From Gemmatimonadota bacterium (GTDB lineage: Bacteria; Gemmatimonadota; Gemmatimonadetes; Gemmatimonadales; GWC2-71-9): a stretch of DNA of 64,000 nucleotides. Shown here piece after piece: positions 62,428 to 64,000 of this stretch (the first letter of the stretch is position 1; each line of letters begins with the position of its first letter). The notes under the pieces were generated by a model, which was given only the letters and a program-made list of their open reading frames with translations, was not told the DNA's origin and did no database searches. Location: the NCBI GenBank assembly GCA_033763675.1, contig JANRJZ010000042.1, positions 976 through 64,975 on the forward strand, in the 5' to 3' direction. The translations under genes and the position numbers were made by a program.

Positions 62428-64000
62428 ATGCTGCACCTTCGAAGAATCCTGCCCGCGGCCCGCCCCTACTGGGGGACATTCGCCGCCGGGTTTCTGTGCG
62501 TCCTGGTATCCAACTTCTTCACCACCCTGGCGCCGCGCTTCCTGCAGCAGGGCATCGATGCGCTGGGCCCCGGCGGCGCCTTCGCCGGGGTCCGCCGGGC
62601 CATCTTCGCGCTGCTGGCCGTGGCGGCCGCGGGCGGCCTGGCGCGCTTCGGGATGCGCCAGACCCTCAACGGCGTCAGCCGGCGGGTCGAAACCGACCTG
62701 CGGGACCGGCTCTACCGGCACCTCCAGCGCCTCCCGGCGGCCTTCTACGACCGCTTCAGCACCGGCGATCTCATGGCCCGCACCACCAACGACCTGCTCG
62801 CCGTGCGCATGGTGGTGGGTCCCGGGCTCATGTACCTGAGCGACACCCTGGTCCGCACCGCGCTGGTCCTCCCCTTCATGCTGCACATCAGTCCGCGGCT
62901 GACGGGGATCGCGCTGCTGCCGCTGCTCGGGTTGCCGGTCGGCATGGTGGTCTTCGGCCAGGCCATCCACCGCCGCAGCCAGCGCATCCAGGCCGCCTTT
63001 GCCGACCTGTCGAGCGCCGTCCACGAGAATCTCTCCGGCGCTCGCGTGGTCCGGGCCTACCGCCAGGAGCAGGCGGAGATCGCCCGGTTCCGCACGTTAA
63101 ACGCGGACTACGCGAGCCGCAATCTAGCACTGGCGCGGGTTTCCGGGGCGTTCCACCCCCTGCTGGCCCTGTTCGGCGGGCTGGGCGCTGCGGCCGTCAT
63201 CTGGGTCGGGGGCGGGTTGGTGATCCAGGGCACAATGACCGCCGGGGAGTTCGTGGCCTTTGGCGTGTACCTGGTCACCCTGGTCTGGCCCATGATCGCG
63301 CTGGGCTGGGTCGTGAATCTGGTCCAGCGGGCGGAAGCCTCGATGGGGCGGATCAACGAGTTGTTCGACACCGTCCCCGCGATCCAGTCCCCGGCCCGCC
63401 CCACCCCGCTTTCGGGGCGTCCGGTCGCCCGCCGCCTCACCTTCGAAGGGGTCTCCTTCCGCTACCCCACCGCCACCGACCGCGGGCTGGTGCTGGAGGA
63501 CATCTCCTTCTCGGTGCCCGCCGGCGCCTCACTCGGCGTGGTCGGCGCCACCGGCGCCGGCAAGTCCACCGTGGCCGAACTCATCGTGCGCACCTACGAC
63601 CCGGAACGGGGTCGGATCCTGATCGACGGGGTGGACATCCGCGCCCTGGCCCTGGACGACCTGCGCCGGGCCGTCGGTTTTGTCCCCCAGGAGACGTTTC
63701 TCTTCAGTGACACCCTGCGGGCCAACGTGCTGCTCGGCGCGCCCGACGATGGCCGCCTCGAGCGGGTGGCGGAGACCTCCCAACTCACCGAGGCCCTTCC
63801 GGCGCTGCCCAACGGGCTGGACACGCTGCTGGGGGAGCGCGGCGTGAACCTGTCCGGCGGCCAGCGCCAGCGGACGGCGATCGCCCGGGCGCTGGCCCAG
63901 GATCCGCCGATCTTCGTCCTGGACGACGCCCTGTCGGCGGTGGACGGCGAGACCGAACTGCGGATCCTCCGGGGCCTCCGCGACGCCCTGGCGCAGCGCA
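62428..64000 (+). CDS. ABC exporter, fused permease/ATPase (MsbA/multidrug type); 3' end cut by window edge
   Basis: This ORF is not in the ORF track because it has no stop in the window. I translated it by hand from ATG 62428. MLHLRRILPAARPYWGTFAAGFLCVLVSNFF... is the type-I exporter TMD. It is followed by Walker A GATGAGKST, signature LSGGQRQR and Walker B IFVLDDALSAVD. Track ORF 62385..63710 is the wrong frame. Confidence 0.9.
   Translation, partial: MLHLRRILPAARPYWGTFAAGFLCVLVSNFFTTLAPRFLQQGIDALGPGGAFAGVRRAIFALLAVAAAGGLARFGMRQTLNGVSRRVETDLRDRLYRHLQRLPAAFYDRFSTGDLMARTTNDLLAVRMVVGPGLMYLSDTLVRTALVLPFMLHISPRLTGIALLPLLGLPVGMVVFGQAIHRRSQRIQAAFADLSSAVHENLSGARVVRAYRQEQAEIARFRTLNADYASRNLALARVSGAFHPLLALFGGLGAAAVIWVGGGLVIQGTMTAGEFVAFGVYLVTLVWPMIALGWVVNLVQRAEASMGRINELFDTVPAIQSPARPTPLSGRPVARRLTFEGVSFRYPTATDRGLVLEDISFSVPAGASLGVVGATGAGKSTVAELIVRTYDPERGRILIDGVDIRALALDDLRRAVGFVPQETFLFSDTLRANVLLGAPDDGRLERVAETSQLTEALPALPNGLDTLLGERGVNLSGGQRQRTAIARALAQDPPIFVLDDALSAVDGETELRILRGLRDALAQR

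Noticed and set aside
62385-63710. 441-aa track ORF on the plus strand.
   Set aside because: It is the wrong frame of the ABC exporter gene. The frame starting at ATG 62428 yields canonical TMD, Walker A, signature and Walker B motifs and simply lacks a stop within the window.
1-64000. CRISPR arrays, transposases, integrases, phage genes, toxin-antitoxin pairs and recognisable defence-system genes.
   Set aside because: I saw no direct-repeat/spacer periodicity and no such protein families in any frame. The only holin-like call (3042..3422) is the widespread YvlD-type membrane protein with no phage neighbours.

Overview
This is a high-GC bacterial chromosomal segment. Coding lines I counted by hand are about 72-73% GC. 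It is densely packed with about 50 CDS, most on the minus strand, and many neighbours share 1-nt (TGATG) or 4-nt (ATGA/GTGA) stop/start overlaps. All domain calls come from reading motifs in the supplied translations; I ran no searches. The ORF track translates GTG/TTG starts as M and often over-extends N-termini, so I re-picked many starts.

Most of the content is housekeeping:
- mnmA, ppk, dnaJ-grpE, cinA-pgsA and dnaX-ybaB-recR
- pgi, pyk and a class II aldolase
- ispG, nrdJ and ggt

I also call one ncRNA, a 4.5S-type SRP RNA. I saw no rRNA, tRNA, CRISPR array, transposase, integrase or prophage signature.

The GWxTD protein, mglBA, the PEGA/TonB_C-tailed kinase and the GC content suggest a Gemmatimonadota- or Acidobacteria-like organism. 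That taxonomic guess is inference only.

Observations most worth a second look:
1. A five-gene plus-strand operon at 46.2-54.6 kb. It encodes a zinc-ribbon tandem-FHA protein, a Ser/Thr kinase, a PP2C phosphatase, an FHA-TM-coiled-coil-trypsin-like protease and a Cache/PAS/GGDEF/EAL enzyme.
2. A 475-bp intergenic island of about 50% GC at 30.2-30.7 kb. It holds about 8 DnaA-box-like TCCAC(A) 9-mers, including one perfect TTATCCACA.
3. Two peptidoglycan-recycling loci, each paired with a paralogous sodium:solute symporter. One is murQ-anmK-nagZ-SSS. The other is an SSS gene facing a NahK/AmgK-like kinase, a nucleotidyltransferase and an M14 peptidase.
4. An mglB-mglA pair whose MglA carries an internal insertion of about 30 aa, preceded by a small membrane-anchored HEAT-like protein.
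5. A ccdA-tlpA-secreted peroxiredoxin-unknown secreted protein string.
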